NCBI GenBank assembly: GCA_963753595.1
Contig: CAVWCX010000023.1
Location: 32,001 to 96,000, forward strand
Length of the DNA stretch: 64,000 bases
Direction: 5' to 3'
From: Candidatus Methanoperedenaceae archaeon
GTDB lineage: Archaea; Halobacteriota; Methanosarcinia; Methanosarcinales; Methanoperedenaceae
The notes under the pieces: model-generated
Databases searched by the model: none
What the model saw: the letters and a program-made list of their open reading frames with translations, nothing else
Told to the model about the DNA's origin: nothing
In this document: in pieces, positions 19,564 through 31,528 of the stretch
Position numbering within the stretch: the first letter of the stretch is position 1
Layout: every line of letters starts with the position of its first letter
Program-made: the position numbers and the translations under genes

Positions 19564-20734
19564 ATTTTATCAACTCCTTAATGGTTGGTTTTTTCCCATA
19601 CATCAACAGGCTTGCCCTGAATATCCTCACAGATATCTCTACGATGAAGTAAGCAGAAACCGCAAGCAAAATGATGCTGATAATGGATTCATATAAAGGC
19701 ACATCTGTTATTGAGGACCTCATTATCATCGCTGTTGGCGAAGTCAGGGGAAAAATACTAAGAAACTTTGAAAATGTTCCATTCGGGTCCATGATTATGA
19801 TTTCGGAAAACATTAGTGGGAATGCTCCGGCTAATGAAAACATGCCCGCGATCTGTTGGCCCTCCCTGGATGTTGTTGCTACAGCCCCAACGCCTGCCAT
19901 AATGTTCGCAAACACTATGTAGCCCAGTACAAAATAAATAATTCCTGTTATCAGTAATGGAATGGAAATGTGGATCTGTGTAACAATAAGATAAAGAGCT
20001 AATGGATTAATTAACATTATCACCGAGGCAACTATTAAATATATCACTATCTGGGTAAGCCCAAGAGCTCCAAGACCAATTATCTTGCCTGTAAGAAGCT
20101 CCCTATGAGAAACCGATGAAAGTATTATTTCCATTATCCTGTTCTCTTTTTCTTCGATAACACTCTGAAGAAGAAAACCCGAAGAAGCGAATATGGAGAG
20201 GGAAAAAAGAGTTGAAAAGACTAAAGGCAATAATAATATCATAAATCCGCCGTCTTCGCTTTTTAAACCTTTTTCATTAAGAGTGAAATATTCGCTGTCT
20301 ATTGGCCTTTTTATTCTCTCAATAATATCGGAGGGCTCATTCTTCAATAGATTGTCAAGGAGGAAGTTTTTGATCTGGTCTTCGATCTTCATATTGTTTG
20401 CGAAGTTCTTCTTTGAAGAATAAATTATGATTTTTCCGGTAGCGGTATAATTTTCCGGAATGACAAAGTAGTTGGTAAGCTTATTATCAATAAGGTCCTT
20501 CCTTGCAAGTTCTTCATCATTGTATTTTGTCAGGTTTGAAGAATCAAAAAGGCCCGTCCTGTCAACATAACCTATCTTATTTTCCTCATTGTTCCCTCCT
20601 GTTCCCATTATAAAAAATGAAATACCCATAATTGCAATGAGAACAAGCGGAAGCCCGAATGTAACGAACAGGAATTCTTTTCGCTTAATATTTGTTAAAT
20701 ATTCATGCCTGGCTATGATGCGCCACTTGCTCAT
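19547..20734 (-). CDS. ABC-2 type permease (NatB-like)
   Basis: IARHEY, VIEEKENRIMEIILSSV, GKIIGLG, multi-TM. Confidence 0.88.
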   Translation of the reverse strand: MSKWRIIARHEYLTNIKRKEFLFVTFGLPLVLIAIMGISFFIMGTGGNNEENKIGYVDRTGLFDSSNLTKYNDEELARKDLIDNKLTNYFVIPENYTATGKIIIYSSKKNFANNMKIEDQIKNFLLDNLLKNEPSDIIERIKRPIDSEYFTLNEKGLKSEDGGFMILLLPLVFSTLFSLSIFASSGFLLQSVIEEKENRIMEIILSSVSHRELLTGKIIGLGALGLTQIVIYLIVASVIMLINPLALYLIVTQIHISIPLLITGIIYFVLGYIVFANIMAGVGAVATTSREGQQIAGMFSLAGAFPLMFSEIIIMDPNGTFSKFLSIFPLTSPTAMIMRSSITDVPLYESIISIILLAVSAYFIVEISVRIFRASLLMYGKKPTIKELIKYVRQN

Positions 20735-21618
20735 GTTCCCTCCACCACCTGTATGAATATTTCATTAAGGGACGGCTTAGACAGCTCGAATTTATTGACC
20801 CTGACCATTTCGGCCAGTTTTTTCAGGATGTCAGTCGGATCTGCTCCCGGCTCAAGTATCAATTCAGCATAATTGCCAGAGTTGTTTATTTTTTTGACCC
20901 CTGTGATGTTTTTCAGTTCCCCTTCAAACTCAAGTAAAACAGTGTTTTTACCGTACCGGGATTTGATCTCATCGATTTTCCCATATAAGACCCCTTCTCC
21001 TTTGTGTATCATGAATATCCTGTTGCACATCCGTTCTACCTGGTCCATCATGTGTGTGCTGATAAGAATTGTTTTTCCCTCTTTTCCAAGGTCCATTATG
21101 AGGTCTTTCACAAGCTTCATATTTACCGGGTCAAGACCGCTGAATGGCTCATCCAGGATTATGAACTCAGGATCATGGATGATAGCCGCTATTAATTGTA
21201 TCTTCTGCTGCATCCCCTTGCTGAGCTCTGAAATTTTTTTATCCTTATGCTGCAGCATCCCCATCTTTTCAAGAAGAAATGCGGCTCTCTCTCTTGAATC
21301 TATTTCTTTCAGGGCGCCAAGATACATCAGGGTCTCAAATACCGTGAGTTTTTTATAAAGCCCACGTTCTTCAGGCAAATAACCGATCCTGTTTTTAATT
21401 TCATCTGAAAGTGCTTTATTTAAGATCATGATCTCCCCGGAATCAGGTCTTATGATATCAAGGAGCATACGGATTATTGTTGTTTTCCCGGCCCCGTTCG
21501 GGCCTATAAGGCCAAAAACCTCACCTTTTAATATATCAAATGATATGTCTCTCACCACGTCCTGGCCATTGTAAGATTTTACCAGGTTCGAAACCTTAAC
21601 CGCATTTTCCATTTTCAT
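20731..21618 (-). CDS. ABC ATP-binding protein (NatA-like)
   Basis: GPNGAGKTT, LSKGMQQK, ILDEPFSGLD, PSLNEIF; ATGA overlap start at 21618. Confidence 0.92.
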   Translation of the reverse strand: MKMENAVKVSNLVKSYNGQDVVRDISFDILKGEVFGLIGPNGAGKTTIIRMLLDIIRPDSGEIMILNKALSDEIKNRIGYLPEERGLYKKLTVFETLMYLGALKEIDSRERAAFLLEKMGMLQHKDKKISELSKGMQQKIQLIAAIIHDPEFIILDEPFSGLDPVNMKLVKDLIMDLGKEGKTILISTHMMDQVERMCNRIFMIHKGEGVLYGKIDEIKSRYGKNTVLLEFEGELKNITGVKKINNSGNYAELILEPGADPTDILKKLAEMVRVNKFELSKPSLNEIFIQVVEGT

Positions 21619-22292
21619 TCTCCGTTCTCGATCTTTCCATCCTTTAACCTGATAATCCTGTCGCAATTATCTGCAAGTTCGCTATCGTGGGTGACCATTA
21701 GAATGGTTCTTCCTTCGCTGTGGAGTTTATCAAATATCTGCATTATTTCCGGTCCTGTTTTTGAATCAAGATTCCCTGTTGGCTCATCAGCAAGAATGAT
21801 CTCAGGTTCATTAGCTAAAGCCCTTGCTATCGCAACTCTCTGGCGCTGGCCGCCTGAAAGTTCTGCAGGTTTATGGCGCGCTCTTTCACTAAGTCCCAGC
21901 AATTCAAGAAGCTCTTTTGCTCTTTTTTCCCTCATCTTTCCTGGAACATCCTGGTAGACCATAGGCAGTTCCACATTTTTTTGTGCAGTAAGACGAGGGA
22001 TAAGATTGAAAGTCTGGAAAACAAAACCTATCTTTTTTCCGCGTATCCGGGCAAGTTCGATTTCGGACAGTTTTGAAATGTCCATATCTGCAATTACAAT
22101 TTTTCCGGATGTAGGCCTGTCAAGGCATCCGATGATATTCATCAGTGTACTTTTTCCGCTTCCGGATGGCCCCATTATTGCAGCGAACTCGCCTTTATTG
22201 ATCGTAAGATTGATATCGTTCAATACCGGCACTTCGATTTTCCCAAGCAGGTATGATTTTGAAACATTTTCAATATCCAATACTGTCTTCAT
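21615..22292 (-). CDS. ABC ATP-binding protein (LolD/MacB-like)
   Basis: GPSGSGKST, LSGGQRQRVAIARAL, ADEPTGNLD, VTHD. Confidence 0.95.
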   Translation of the reverse strand: MKTVLDIENVSKSYLLGKIEVPVLNDINLTINKGEFAAIMGPSGSGKSTLMNIIGCLDRPTSGKIVIADMDISKLSEIELARIRGKKIGFVFQTFNLIPRLTAQKNVELPMVYQDVPGKMREKRAKELLELLGLSERARHKPAELSGGQRQRVAIARALANEPEIILADEPTGNLDSKTGPEIMQIFDKLHSEGRTILMVTHDSELADNCDRIIRLKDGKIENGE

Positions 22293-22954
22293 ATGAGGCC
22301 GATTCCCCGAAAAGTCAATAGTAAGGATATCAAGCTAAAAGTCAATGGAATCGATGCTATGACTGCGCAAGTTTTGGACGAAAGCTTATGGGCGTTCCTT
22401 ATGCAGAAAAACAAAATAATTGTTGACCATGCCTGGAGCAATATACCGGCGATTTCTGATATTATGAAAGGTGGACTGCTGTAAATATCCTTCATTGCCG
22501 TTGGATTGGTTGGTGAAATAATTATTGTCTGAGGTTCTACTACTGAAAAAAGCCCGATGCTTATAATACCTGCAAGGATCAAGGGAAGCATACTGTATCC
22601 GGCGACTGTCATCATCTGTGGATAGAACTTACCCTCTCCCCCGGCAGCCATGGACAACAAATGTATCACTCCTGTGACTATAAACCAGATAAGAAAAGGT
22701 CCGATCAATGCAAAAATGATAGTGGATATGGCCATTAATGATTGCATCGAAGATGGTAAAATATCGAGCCCTTCGATAATAAATGTGATTTTATATGATT
22801 GTATGTATGCAGCGATACCCACAAGTACAGCATATATCCCGACTATTAAAAAAGCTTCCTCGATCATGGGCTGCCGGGCTATTTTTTTTGTTTCATTATT
22901 CGGGTCTGTTATAGTTCCCATTATTTTTTCTATAAAGCTCATTATCCATCCCAA
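22289..22954 (-). CDS. Yip1 family membrane protein
   Basis: Five TM segments, GGEGKF..M..AGYSMLP, H.LS; typical partner of archaeal MacB operons. Confidence 0.75.
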   Translation of the reverse strand: MGWIMSFIEKIMGTITDPNNETKKIARQPMIEEAFLIVGIYAVLVGIAAYIQSYKITFIIEGLDILPSSMQSLMAISTIIFALIGPFLIWFIVTGVIHLLSMAAGGEGKFYPQMMTVAGYSMLPLILAGIISIGLFSVVEPQTIIISPTNPTAMKDIYSSPPFIISEIAGILLQAWSTIILFFCIRNAHKLSSKTCAVIASIPLTFSLISLLLTFRGIGLI

Positions 22955-22999
22955 TCTATTTTTTTAATCAATATTATTTCACCAGATGTTAATAATTTA

Positions 23000-23584
23000 T
23001 TACTGTTTAATATTTGTATTCGTGTTTTCTTTCCATACCTGGACAACTTTTCTTTCATCAGGGTCAACAAGTGCTGAAATACCTTTCCATGAAACGCTAA
23101 GCAGGGTTTTTGGCGCATAGAATTTTTCAGATGTCCCGGGTAAAATTCTTTTCACAGAAGGGACACCAAGATCGCGAACCGATGTGGCCACATCCCTTTC
23201 ATTAAGTGCGATACCGATAGCATCGTTCCTGTACATCGCAGGTATGGCTTCAAGGAGATAGCCTGTCATCAACAATTCATTATTTTCATATACAAAATCG
23301 TATAGATCAGGAATATCTGAATCAAGAGTAGTTGCTGTTACCTTGATATGGACATTCGTATCACTTTTTGTACTGATATTTACCATTTCATACTCTGTTT
23401 TATATGGGGCTATTTCCAAAAAAAGCATTTCTTCGATTCTTGCAGCGTTATCCGGTCGGTCATCCAGCCATTGGACATTATGTATCCATTCTGGTCTTGT
23501 ATTCGAGTTCCCCTGGTCAAGAGCAAGCCCGATACCAAGCCCGAGAGCTAGTAAAAGAATGGTGATTATTAATTTTTTATCCAT
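23000..23584 (-). CDS. Secreted hypothetical protein
   Basis: N-terminal signal/TM; 194-aa ORF co-oriented with the operon. Confidence 0.6.
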   Translation of the reverse strand: MDKKLIITILLLALGLGIGLALDQGNSNTRPEWIHNVQWLDDRPDNAARIEEMLFLEIAPYKTEYEMVNISTKSDTNVHIKVTATTLDSDIPDLYDFVYENNELLMTGYLLEAIPAMYRNDAIGIALNERDVATSVRDLGVPSVKRILPGTSEKFYAPKTLLSVSWKGISALVDPDERKVVQVWKENTNTNIKQ

Positions 23585-23673
23585 TTTCTATCCTCTTATG
23601 AATATTTTCCTATCTGTAATGGAATATATTCGTTGTCTTTTCACATACATCCAGAAAAATAAATAGGGGAGGA

Positions 23674-24921
23674 TTACTCACCTATTTTTATAGAGTATTC
23701 AAAACTCTCTGTATTCTTTGGAAGCACTTTCAGTTCCCATTCACCTGTTAATCCGTTCGTTTCATAGGTTTCAAAAAGCTGCGCTCCATTTTCCTGGTAT
23801 ATGCCCTTACCGTCAACTTCCCATGGGGCCATTTGACCACCCATATTCACCATCCCTTTTATCACCGTCTTTGTGACCTTTAGGTCAGCCGGTCCATTAG
23901 GCCCAATAAGGGTTGTTTCGAAAGACGGCTCTTTCTTATTTTTTCCTGATGCCATCCCATATGGGTACCCATAATATTTAGGACCTGAGCTTATCTCAAT
24001 AGTCAGGGGTTTGGCCTCTTTCATGCTAAAAATTTTCACAAACGCTTCAGATGGTTGTGACCAGACATTGAAGCTCATCTGGACAATTTGTTCCCATTCC
24101 TGTACAGATGGTGCATCAATATTCAGCTTTATACCTCCGTTATACATACCTTTTGCAGTTGCGGGTACCTTAACATGGATCTTTACTATTTCGGTCCCGC
24201 CAGCAGGAACATTCGGTGGGGACGTTATGGTTATTGCTTCATCAGTGAAAGCCGGTTCCATCTGCCCAGGCCCGCCATAAAAATAATTATCATTACTTAT
24301 TTTCGGGTCGATTTTTATTGCTTCCTTGCCGGTATTCTTGAGTTTTATCTCATAGTCATATTCCTTTCCAGCTTCCAGCATATCGTTTAGATATGGTGTC
24401 ATTATCTGTATCACTGGCTTGGTCCAGATGTCAATTGACACCTGCAACGCATGGATATAATTAGGGACCGGACTCGGATATGGCGTTGGCATTGTTTCAT
24501 CTGTGAATGCTATCTGGACACCGGAATTACCTATTGAAGCATCTTCTGGCACAACAACTTTAATTGTGAATTTCTCGCTGCCTCCCGCTGGTATTTCCGC
24601 ACTAACAGGTGTAACTGTTATCCATTCGGTATCCACATTATATCCGCCGTAGGGCGCTAATACTGTTATCGGTTTAACGCTAACGGCTTTTTTCTCCTTG
24701 TTCCTGAGCGTTACAGTCAGCTCTTTGTTTTCTCCCGGCATTAACCTGAAATTGGTATATTGGGGAGAAATTTCGATCTTTGTGAAATTAAATGCCTGAT
24801 CTGGCGCTATCATATTGCCAGTGGGCATCTTTTCTTCCATAACAACCTGTTCGCTTGATGCGGTGCCTGCAAACATTGCAAGTACGAGCATAAAAGACAG
24901 GATACCTGTAAATTTATTCAT
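23674..24921 (-). CDS. Secreted protein with tandem Ig-like (COG1470-like) domains
   Basis: Signal peptide; two repeats of L.N..K....I.AGG.E...I.V.VP..A..G. Confidence 0.65.
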   Translation of the reverse strand: MNKFTGILSFMLVLAMFAGTASSEQVVMEEKMPTGNMIAPDQAFNFTKIEISPQYTNFRLMPGENKELTVTLRNKEKKAVSVKPITVLAPYGGYNVDTEWITVTPVSAEIPAGGSEKFTIKVVVPEDASIGNSGVQIAFTDETMPTPYPSPVPNYIHALQVSIDIWTKPVIQIMTPYLNDMLEAGKEYDYEIKLKNTGKEAIKIDPKISNDNYFYGGPGQMEPAFTDEAITITSPPNVPAGGTEIVKIHVKVPATAKGMYNGGIKLNIDAPSVQEWEQIVQMSFNVWSQPSEAFVKIFSMKEAKPLTIEISSGPKYYGYPYGMASGKNKKEPSFETTLIGPNGPADLKVTKTVIKGMVNMGGQMAPWEVDGKGIYQENGAQLFETYETNGLTGEWELKVLPKNTESFEYSIKIGE

Positions 24922-25098
24922 TTAATTTAACCTCCTTACTCTAAATTATTTCAAGTTCGTCTAAAAAAAGACGAGTTCATTCTTTAATAAGAATACTTGA
25001 TATTAAAACTTGCGGATGATTTGCAGAAAAAAGATGAAAAAATATAAGAAAAGATGAAAAATGATGAAAAATATAGATTTTTTATTTTTGAATGTTTA

Positions 25099-26421
25099 TT
25101 ATGCTGTTTTTTCACCCAGATTGAACTTAGAGACTTCCACCTGTAATTCATCAGATAATCTTGCAAGTTCCTGGGCTGCAATCACAAGCTGTTCCATTGA
25201 AGCTGCCTGTTCTTGCGCCGCAGCTGATGTTTCCTGGGTGCCTGCTGCTGATTCCTGGCTTATTGCCGACACTTCCTCCACAGTTGCAGTCACTTCTTCA
25301 ACAGAAGCGGATTGTTCTTCGGTTGCTGCCGCTATTTCATGGATCATTGATGATACATCTGCTGCTGCCTTGACTATATTGTTTATGGCTGATACTGTGC
25401 CTTCCATTGTCTTTGTTCCATCCTCGACGGTCTTTGTTCCTTTTTCCATTGCCATTACCGCCTGCTTCGTACCCATTTGTATCTCTTTTATCAATCCGGT
25501 GATCTGATTCGCAGCATTTCTTGATTCTTCAGCAAGTTTCCTTACCTCATCAGCTACTACCGCAAAACCCCTGCCATGTTCTCCTGCTCTTGCTGCTTCT
25601 ATGGCTGCGTTTAAGGCCAGGAGGTTTGTCTGGTCAGCGATATTTGTTATCACGCCGATAATTTCGCCAATCTGCTGCGATTTCCCATCAAGCTGTTTTA
25701 TTACTGTTGCTGAATTATCCACAGTCGATTGGATTTCCGTCATACTGTTCGCCACATCCCCCGACATCTTTCCAGCCTGCTGGGCGGTCGTGCTGGCTGA
25801 ACTTGCACTCTCCGCCGCTTTCTGGGAGTTCAATGCGACCTGCTGGACGCTTTCAGACATTTCCTTCATGGCGCGGCTGACCTCAACCATTTTAGATGAC
25901 TGCGAGCTCACACCTGTTGCCATTTCCTGCGTTGTGGTTGATATCTGGTCTGCGGATGCTTTCATTTCCTTGCTTGATACTGAAAGTTCCTGGGCAGTAT
26001 TGGCTACTTTTGACGATACGTTCTTGACTTTACCCGTCAAATGCCTGAGGTTTGAAGTCATTTTCCTGAAATATTCAGCCAGTTGTCCGAGTTCATCCTT
26101 TGAGGAGATAACTACTTCAGTTGTTAGATCTCCCTGTGATATCCTGTCAGCTGTATGGCTAAAAGCTTTCAATGGTTTCATAATTGAACGGGTCAATCCG
26201 ATACACATGAGTATGGATGAAAATATTGCGAATAAAATACATAGGACGATAGCCTGTTTTGGGTCAATAAAAGCGCTTACGCTTTCACCATATAAACCCA
26301 TAAAACCCACGATCAACATCAGTGCGTCAACCACAATGAAACCATAAGCGATCTTCATGCCGATTTTGAACCTGTTGAGGGTCTGGTCATTGGCTATATC
26401 CATTATTTTCATTAAATCCAT
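25099..26421 (-). CDS. Methyl-accepting chemotaxis protein with no extracellular sensor domain
   Basis: Two TMs joined by a ~12-aa loop, [42 protein letters not shown]. Confidence 0.95.
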   Translation of the reverse strand: MDLMKIMDIANDQTLNRFKIGMKIAYGFIVVDALMLIVGFMGLYGESVSAFIDPKQAIVLCILFAIFSSILMCIGLTRSIMKPLKAFSHTADRISQGDLTTEVVISSKDELGQLAEYFRKMTSNLRHLTGKVKNVSSKVANTAQELSVSSKEMKASADQISTTTQEMATGVSSQSSKMVEVSRAMKEMSESVQQVALNSQKAAESASSASTTAQQAGKMSGDVANSMTEIQSTVDNSATVIKQLDGKSQQIGEIIGVITNIADQTNLLALNAAIEAARAGEHGRGFAVVADEVRKLAEESRNAANQITGLIKEIQMGTKQAVMAMEKGTKTVEDGTKTMEGTVSAINNIVKAAADVSSMIHEIAAATEEQSASVEEVTATVEEVSAISQESAAGTQETSAAAQEQAASMEQLVIAAQELARLSDELQVEVSKFNLGEKTA

Positions 26422-26491
26422 AATAAACCTCTAAGAATTGTATTCAGATTGGGATAGATTATTCTCTAGAAGTAAAAATTGGATTTTCCTA

Positions 26492-26522
26492 CTTATAAAA
26501 GAATTTGTGAAAAATATGTGTA
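26492..26522 (-). promoter_or_regulatory. Chemotaxis promoter element (TATA plus TGTGAA-N5-TGTGAA)
   Basis: + strand CTTATA-N8-TGTGAA-N5-TGTGTA upstream of MCP 26421. Confidence 0.6.
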
Positions 26523-26554
26523 ACAAAAAGTAAAAAATTGAAATAGCAGCTTCC

Positions 26555-27074
26555 TTATGTGGTCGCTGCCGCAGCTTCTGCTGCAATGTTGTTTACGTTG
26601 TGAAGTTCGTTGGCGCTCAGTATCTTATCAAGATCAAGCAGGATAAGGAGCCTGTCTTCCATCTTCCCAACACCGCGCACATATTCCGTGCCGATCTTAT
26701 TTGCAATGACAGCCGGGGCCGGTTCAACACTGCTTTGGGGTATGCGGATTACCTCACTGACGGAATCAACAATGAACCCCATCACGGTCTGGCCGATATC
26801 CGCTACTGATGATGCGGTTATTCTCATTCTGTTCTTTGCTTTCCATACCCATTATCATATTCAGGTTGAGCACCACGATTATCCTTCCGCGAAGATTGAT
26901 TATTCCCTTCACGAAGCCGGATGACTGCGGTATCTTTGTGATATTGGTCATACGGATGATCTCCTGCACGTTCGTGATCTCGACACCAAACTCTTCAGTG
27001 CCGATATTGAAAACGACGAGCTGAAGCTCGTCGCCGATTTTTGCTTTTGCGTCCTGGGGTTGTTTATCTGCCAT
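26555..27074 (-). pseudogene. cheW: CheW with a single-base insertion near 26807 (pseudogene or sequencing error)
   Basis: Both halves nearly identical to intact paralogs 31001-31519 and 34070-34588. Confidence 0.85.
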
Positions 27075-27083
27075 AATTTCCTC

Positions 27084-28616
27084 CTATTTTGTCAGGTCTT
27101 CAAGGCTTGAACCTGCTGGATTGCTCACGATATCAGCTTTCTCATCCTTCCTTGATATAATGCCTGAAGTACTGTGTTCCTTCGTTTTCTTCTGACTGCT
27201 TTCAGGTTTGTGTATTGCAGTCTTTTGTTCAACAATTTTGCTTTCGGGAACTGGTTTGTGCTTGACATTTGCTGGTTTATACCCATTTTCTTGTGATGTT
27301 ACAGATTCACCGATATTGAACTTGGCGATCTCATCCTGCAATTCATTTGATAATTTTGCCAGGTCCTGTGCTGCATTGACAAGCTGATCCATTATTGCTG
27401 TCTGCTCTTCTGCGGCCGCTGAGGTTTCCTGTGTACCTGCCGCTGATTCATCACTTATTGAAGAAACATCCTCTACAGAAGCTGTTACCTCTTCAACTGA
27501 GGCGGATTGTTGTTCTGTGGCTGCTGCAATTTCATTGATCATTGAGGCTACGTCTGCTGCTGCCTTGACTATCTGGTTGATAGCTGATACTGTGCCTTCC
27601 ATGATCTTTGTCCCGTCACAAACGGTCTTTGTACCATTTTCCATGGCCACAACCGCCTGCTTTGTACCCATTTGTATCTCTTTTATCAAGCCGGTTATCT
27701 GGTTTGCGGCACTTCTTGATTCCTCTGCGAGTTTTCTGACTTCATCAGCAACTACGGCAAAACCTCTTCCATGCTCTCCTGCACGTGCCGCTTCTATGGC
27801 TGCGTTCAGGGCGAGAAGGTTTGTCTGGTCAGCGATATTTGTTATCACGCCTATGATCTCGCCTATTTGCTGTGATTTGCCGTCCAGCTGTTTTATTACC
27901 GTTGCTGAATTATCTACAGTTGATTGGATCTCACTCATCTTATGCGCCACATCGTCAGACATTTTACCAACCTGCGAAGCAGTAGTGCTGGCCGCTCCTG
28001 CGCCTTCGGCTGCTTTCTGTGAGCTCGTTGCGACTTGCTGGACGCTCTGTGATATTTCCTTCATGGCACGGCTGATTTCAGTCATCTTTGAAGCCTGCTG
28101 GCCTACTCCTGTGGCAATTTCATTCGTGGTTCCTGTTATCTGATCAACTGAAGCTTTCATTTCTTCACTTGATCCTGAAAGTTCCATAGCAGCATTTGCT
28201 ACTTTTAATGAGACGTTCTGGACTTTGCCGGTTAAGGTTCGCAGGTTCAAAGTCATTCTCTTGAAATATTCGGCAAGCTGGCCAAGTTCGTCCTTTGAGG
28301 TTACAGCCACTTCCACTGTTAAATCCCCCTCAGCGATCCTGTCAGCGGCCTTTATAAATTCATTCAACGGTTTCATTATAGAACGGGTCAGCCCCAAACA
28401 CATGAGTATTGATGAAACTATAGCGAAAATGATTCCAAGTATGATCGCCTGTTTCGGATCAATAAAAACACTTACTTTCTCCTCATATAAACCAACAAAT
28501 CCTATAATTAATATCAGTGAATCAACTACAACAAAGCTGAAAATGATCTTAATACTGATATTGAATTTATCAATCGTCAGTTCATTTGCCTTGTCGATTA
28601 TTTTTATTATTTCCAT
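27084..28616 (-). CDS. MCP with no extracellular sensor and a long C-terminal tail
   Basis: Two close TMs, HAMP, signalling hairpin, tail ending GSSLEDLTK. Confidence 0.95.
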   Translation of the reverse strand: MEIIKIIDKANELTIDKFNISIKIIFSFVVVDSLILIIGFVGLYEEKVSVFIDPKQAIILGIIFAIVSSILMCLGLTRSIMKPLNEFIKAADRIAEGDLTVEVAVTSKDELGQLAEYFKRMTLNLRTLTGKVQNVSLKVANAAMELSGSSEEMKASVDQITGTTNEIATGVGQQASKMTEISRAMKEISQSVQQVATSSQKAAEGAGAASTTASQVGKMSDDVAHKMSEIQSTVDNSATVIKQLDGKSQQIGEIIGVITNIADQTNLLALNAAIEAARAGEHGRGFAVVADEVRKLAEESRSAANQITGLIKEIQMGTKQAVVAMENGTKTVCDGTKIMEGTVSAINQIVKAAADVASMINEIAAATEQQSASVEEVTASVEDVSSISDESAAGTQETSAAAEEQTAIMDQLVNAAQDLAKLSNELQDEIAKFNIGESVTSQENGYKPANVKHKPVPESKIVEQKTAIHKPESSQKKTKEHSTSGIISRKDEKADIVSNPAGSSLEDLTK

Positions 28617-28750
28617 ATTTTTTCTCCATTCCTTTATTAAATATCGTTAAAGTACAATACGAGGTTCAAATATATAATACTGTGCAAAAGTGAAACTGTT
28701 GCTCATGTAATTATGTTGGTGTGAAAAAAATAACAACAAAATGAAAAAAA

Positions 28751-28800
28751 CAGCTTCCTTATAAGGTCGCTGCTTCTGCTGCTATTTTTTTTCAGTTATG
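28751..28800 (-). pseudogene. Remnant 3' end of a deleted cheW
   Basis: cagcttccttataaggtcgctgcttctgctgc resembles cagcttccttatgtggtcgctgccgcagcttctgctgc at the cheW end near 26547. Confidence 0.55.
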
Positions 28801-28828
28801 GATATTGTTCAATAACTTTTTTTTGCCA

Positions 28829-30883
28829 TTATGTACTTTTATCTTCACCGATATTGAACTTGGCAACTTCGGCCTGTAAATCTTCAGACAATTTCGCCAT
28901 TTCCTGGGCTGCATTGACAAGCTGATCCATTATTGCTGACTGCTCTTCTGCGGCTGCTGATGTTTCCTGTGTGCCTGCTGCTGATTGTTCGCTTATGGCT
29001 GATACATCCTCAACAGACGCTGTTACTTCTTCAACCGAGGCAGACTGCTCTTGTGCTGCTGCTGCTATTTCCTGTACCATGGTAGCAACATCTGCTGCCG
29101 CTTTGACGATCTCGTCTATGGCGGTCACAGTATCTGCTATGTTCTTTGCGCCTTCGCCTACTGTCTTTGTGCCCTGTTCCATGGTAGTTACAGCCTGCTT
29201 TGTGCCCTGCTGTATATCTTTTATCAGACCTGTGATCTGGTTGGCTGCGTCACGGGATTCCTCAGCAAGTTTCCTTACTTCATCAGCAACTACCGCAAAG
29301 CCTCGTCCGTGTTCTCCTGCACGTGCAGCTTCTATTGCTGCGTTTAAGGCCAGGAGGTTTGTCTGTTCTGCGATATTGGTAATGACACTGATTATTTCGC
29401 CTATCTGCTGCGATTTGCCGTCAAGCTGTTTAATTACAGTTGCTGAACCACCTACAGTTGACTGGATTTCAGACATCTTTGTGGCCACATCGCCTGACAT
29501 CTTGCCCACTTTCTGGGCAGTCACGCTGGCTGCGCCTGCGCCTTCTGCTGCCTTCTGGGAGTTGCCTGCGACCTGCTGGACGCTTTCTGACATCTCCTTC
29601 ATGGCACGGGTGATCTCTGCCATCTTGGAGGCCTGTGAGCTTACACCCGTTGCAATCTCCTGTGTGGTACTTGATATCCGGTCAGTTGAAGCTTTCATAT
29701 TTTCACTTGATCCTGAAAGTTCACGAGCCGTAGAGGCTACTTTCAATGCCGAGCTTTGCACTTTTCCGATTACGGATCTCAGGTTTTGGGTCATGGTACC
29801 CAGGGCACCGAATAACTGCCCTATCTCATCATTTGACAGGCTTTTCACCTTGACTGTCAGGTCACCTGCCGCAATTTTATTGGAGATGCGAAGCATTCTG
29901 CCAATTGGTTTTGTCAGATATCTTGAAAACCATATTCCAAGAATCGAGCCCAATACTGAAAATATTAAGATTACTATAATCAGGCCATTCCTTATTGCAT
30001 AGATCGGGGCGCTGAAATCTTCAATATAACTTCCTGAAGCTATTATCCAATCCCTGGGCTGATAGTAAGTATATGCAACTACTTTATCCCTGCCTTCCCA
30101 TGGATACTGGATATATCCTTCTTTTGTTTCAGTTATTTTCTTAATGAAATCATACTCATAGAGATTCTCTCCTTCCCTGTCCGGATGTATTATCAGGTTG
30201 CCTTTTGAGTCAATAACGTAAAGATAACCTGTTTTTCCCACAACTATGCTTTTCATCTTCTCTTTGATTTGATTTACAAATGGATCCTCGGGAATACCAA
30301 CATACAAAATACCGATTATCTTACCCGATGCATCCTTAATAGGTTCGTAAGCTGTCAGATACCATGCATTGACCACCCATGCCCTGCCGTAATATGTTTC
30401 GCCTCTAATTATAACAGCATCATAAACCGGTTTTGAAACTGTTGTTCCTACAGCGCGCGAACCATCGGTATTGATCACATTTGTGGAAATCCGGACCGCT
30501 TCCTCCCCTATCACCTGGAATACCGTTGCTGTACCCCCTACCATATTTTTAACTGAGTCTACTATCTCAAAGTTCCCGTTCAGCACATAATTGTCGCCAA
30601 GATGCATCTTGCCATTTACGATACTGGGTTTTCCCCTGGAATAGAATTGGGCTTTTGCAACTCCGAGTGAATTGTTGACAGTATTCTGTGCAAGAGAAAA
30701 TGTCATATCTACGGTATCTTTTTCCAGGCTTACCTGTTCTTCTAATTTATTCTGTATCTCTGTATATAATGAGCTTTGTGTTTCATTATAGGCGTATAAA
30801 CCTAAGATCGTCACTGGTATTATCGACAGGATTAATGCAAAAATTATAATTTTATATTTTATGCTGATGTCTTTGATTTTCAT
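28829..30883 (-). CDS. MCP with Cache_3-Cache_2 sensor domain
   Basis: [50 protein letters not shown]; HAMP; signalling domain. Confidence 0.93.
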   Translation of the reverse strand: MKIKDISIKYKIIIFALILSIIPVTILGLYAYNETQSSLYTEIQNKLEEQVSLEKDTVDMTFSLAQNTVNNSLGVAKAQFYSRGKPSIVNGKMHLGDNYVLNGNFEIVDSVKNMVGGTATVFQVIGEEAVRISTNVINTDGSRAVGTTVSKPVYDAVIIRGETYYGRAWVVNAWYLTAYEPIKDASGKIIGILYVGIPEDPFVNQIKEKMKSIVVGKTGYLYVIDSKGNLIIHPDREGENLYEYDFIKKITETKEGYIQYPWEGRDKVVAYTYYQPRDWIIASGSYIEDFSAPIYAIRNGLIIVILIFSVLGSILGIWFSRYLTKPIGRMLRISNKIAAGDLTVKVKSLSNDEIGQLFGALGTMTQNLRSVIGKVQSSALKVASTARELSGSSENMKASTDRISSTTQEIATGVSSQASKMAEITRAMKEMSESVQQVAGNSQKAAEGAGAASVTAQKVGKMSGDVATKMSEIQSTVGGSATVIKQLDGKSQQIGEIISVITNIAEQTNLLALNAAIEAARAGEHGRGFAVVADEVRKLAEESRDAANQITGLIKDIQQGTKQAVTTMEQGTKTVGEGAKNIADTVTAIDEIVKAAADVATMVQEIAAAAQEQSASVEEVTASVEDVSAISEQSAAGTQETSAAAEEQSAIMDQLVNAAQEMAKLSEDLQAEVAKFNIGEDKST

Positions 30884-30936
30884 AATATTCGCTCGTTTGA
30901 AAAATTTTCAGTTAGATAACAAAATAAATTTACCGA

Positions 30937-30967
30937 TTTATAAATGGATTTGTGAAAAATGTGTGAA
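30937..30967 (-). promoter_or_regulatory. Chemotaxis promoter element
   Basis: TTTATA-N8-TGTGAA-N5-TGTGAA. Confidence 0.65.
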
Positions 30968-31000
30968 AAAAAAGAGAAAAAAGGAAAAAAAGCAGCTTAC

Positions 31001-31519
31001 CTATGTGGTCGCTGCTGCAGCTTCTGTCGCTATGTTGTTTACGTTGTGAAGTTCGTTTGAGCTGAGTATCTTATCAAGATCAAGGAGGATTAGAAGCCTG
31101 TCTTCCATCTTGCCAACGCCTCGCACATATTCCGTGCCGATCTTATTTGCAATGACAGCCGGGGCCGGCTCAACACTGCTTTGTTGAAGGCGGATGACCT
31201 CACTCACTGAATCAACAATGAAACCCATTACTGTCTCACCGATATCAGCAACAATGATACGGGTATTTTCATTCTGTTCTTTGCTTTCCATGCCCATTAT
31301 CACATTGAGATTTATCACAACAATTATCCTGCCGCGAAGGTTGATTATGCCCTTCACATAACCAGATGCCTGCGGTATCTTTGTGATATTGGTCATACGG
31401 ATGATCTCCTGGACGTTCATGATCTCGACACCGAACTCTTCAGGGCCGATATTAAAAACGACGAGCTGAAGCTCGTCGCCAGATTTTGCTTTTGCGTCTT
31501 GTGGTTGTTTTTCAGCCAT
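31001..31519 (-). CDS. cheW: Chemotaxis coupling protein CheW
   Basis: LVVFNIG.EEFGV, VKGIINLRG, GFIVDSVSEV, LLILLDLDKIL. Confidence 0.95.
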   Translation of the reverse strand: MAEKQPQDAKAKSGDELQLVVFNIGPEEFGVEIMNVQEIIRMTNITKIPQASGYVKGIINLRGRIIVVINLNVIMGMESKEQNENTRIIVADIGETVMGFIVDSVSEVIRLQQSSVEPAPAVIANKIGTEYVRGVGKMEDRLLILLDLDKILSSNELHNVNNIATEAAAATT

Positions 31520-31528
31520 TGCCTTCTC

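Noticed and set aside
27072-27086. MCP-CheW fusion by amber readthrough (TAG plus 3 codons plus ATG, in frame at all three junctions)
   Set aside because: TAGGAG doubles as the cheW Shine-Dalgarno, which fixes the spacing, and the three junctions are paralogous rather than independent
28971-30002. Long + strand ORFs opposite MCPs (also 25601-26347, 34983-35945)
   Set aside because: Antisense shadows of Ala/Ser/Thr-rich coiled-coil genes
31001-31003. Genome-wide TAG-to-pyrrolysine recoding
   Set aside because: TAG ends cgi121 at its expected C-terminus and alternates with TAA at the same position in cheW paralogs
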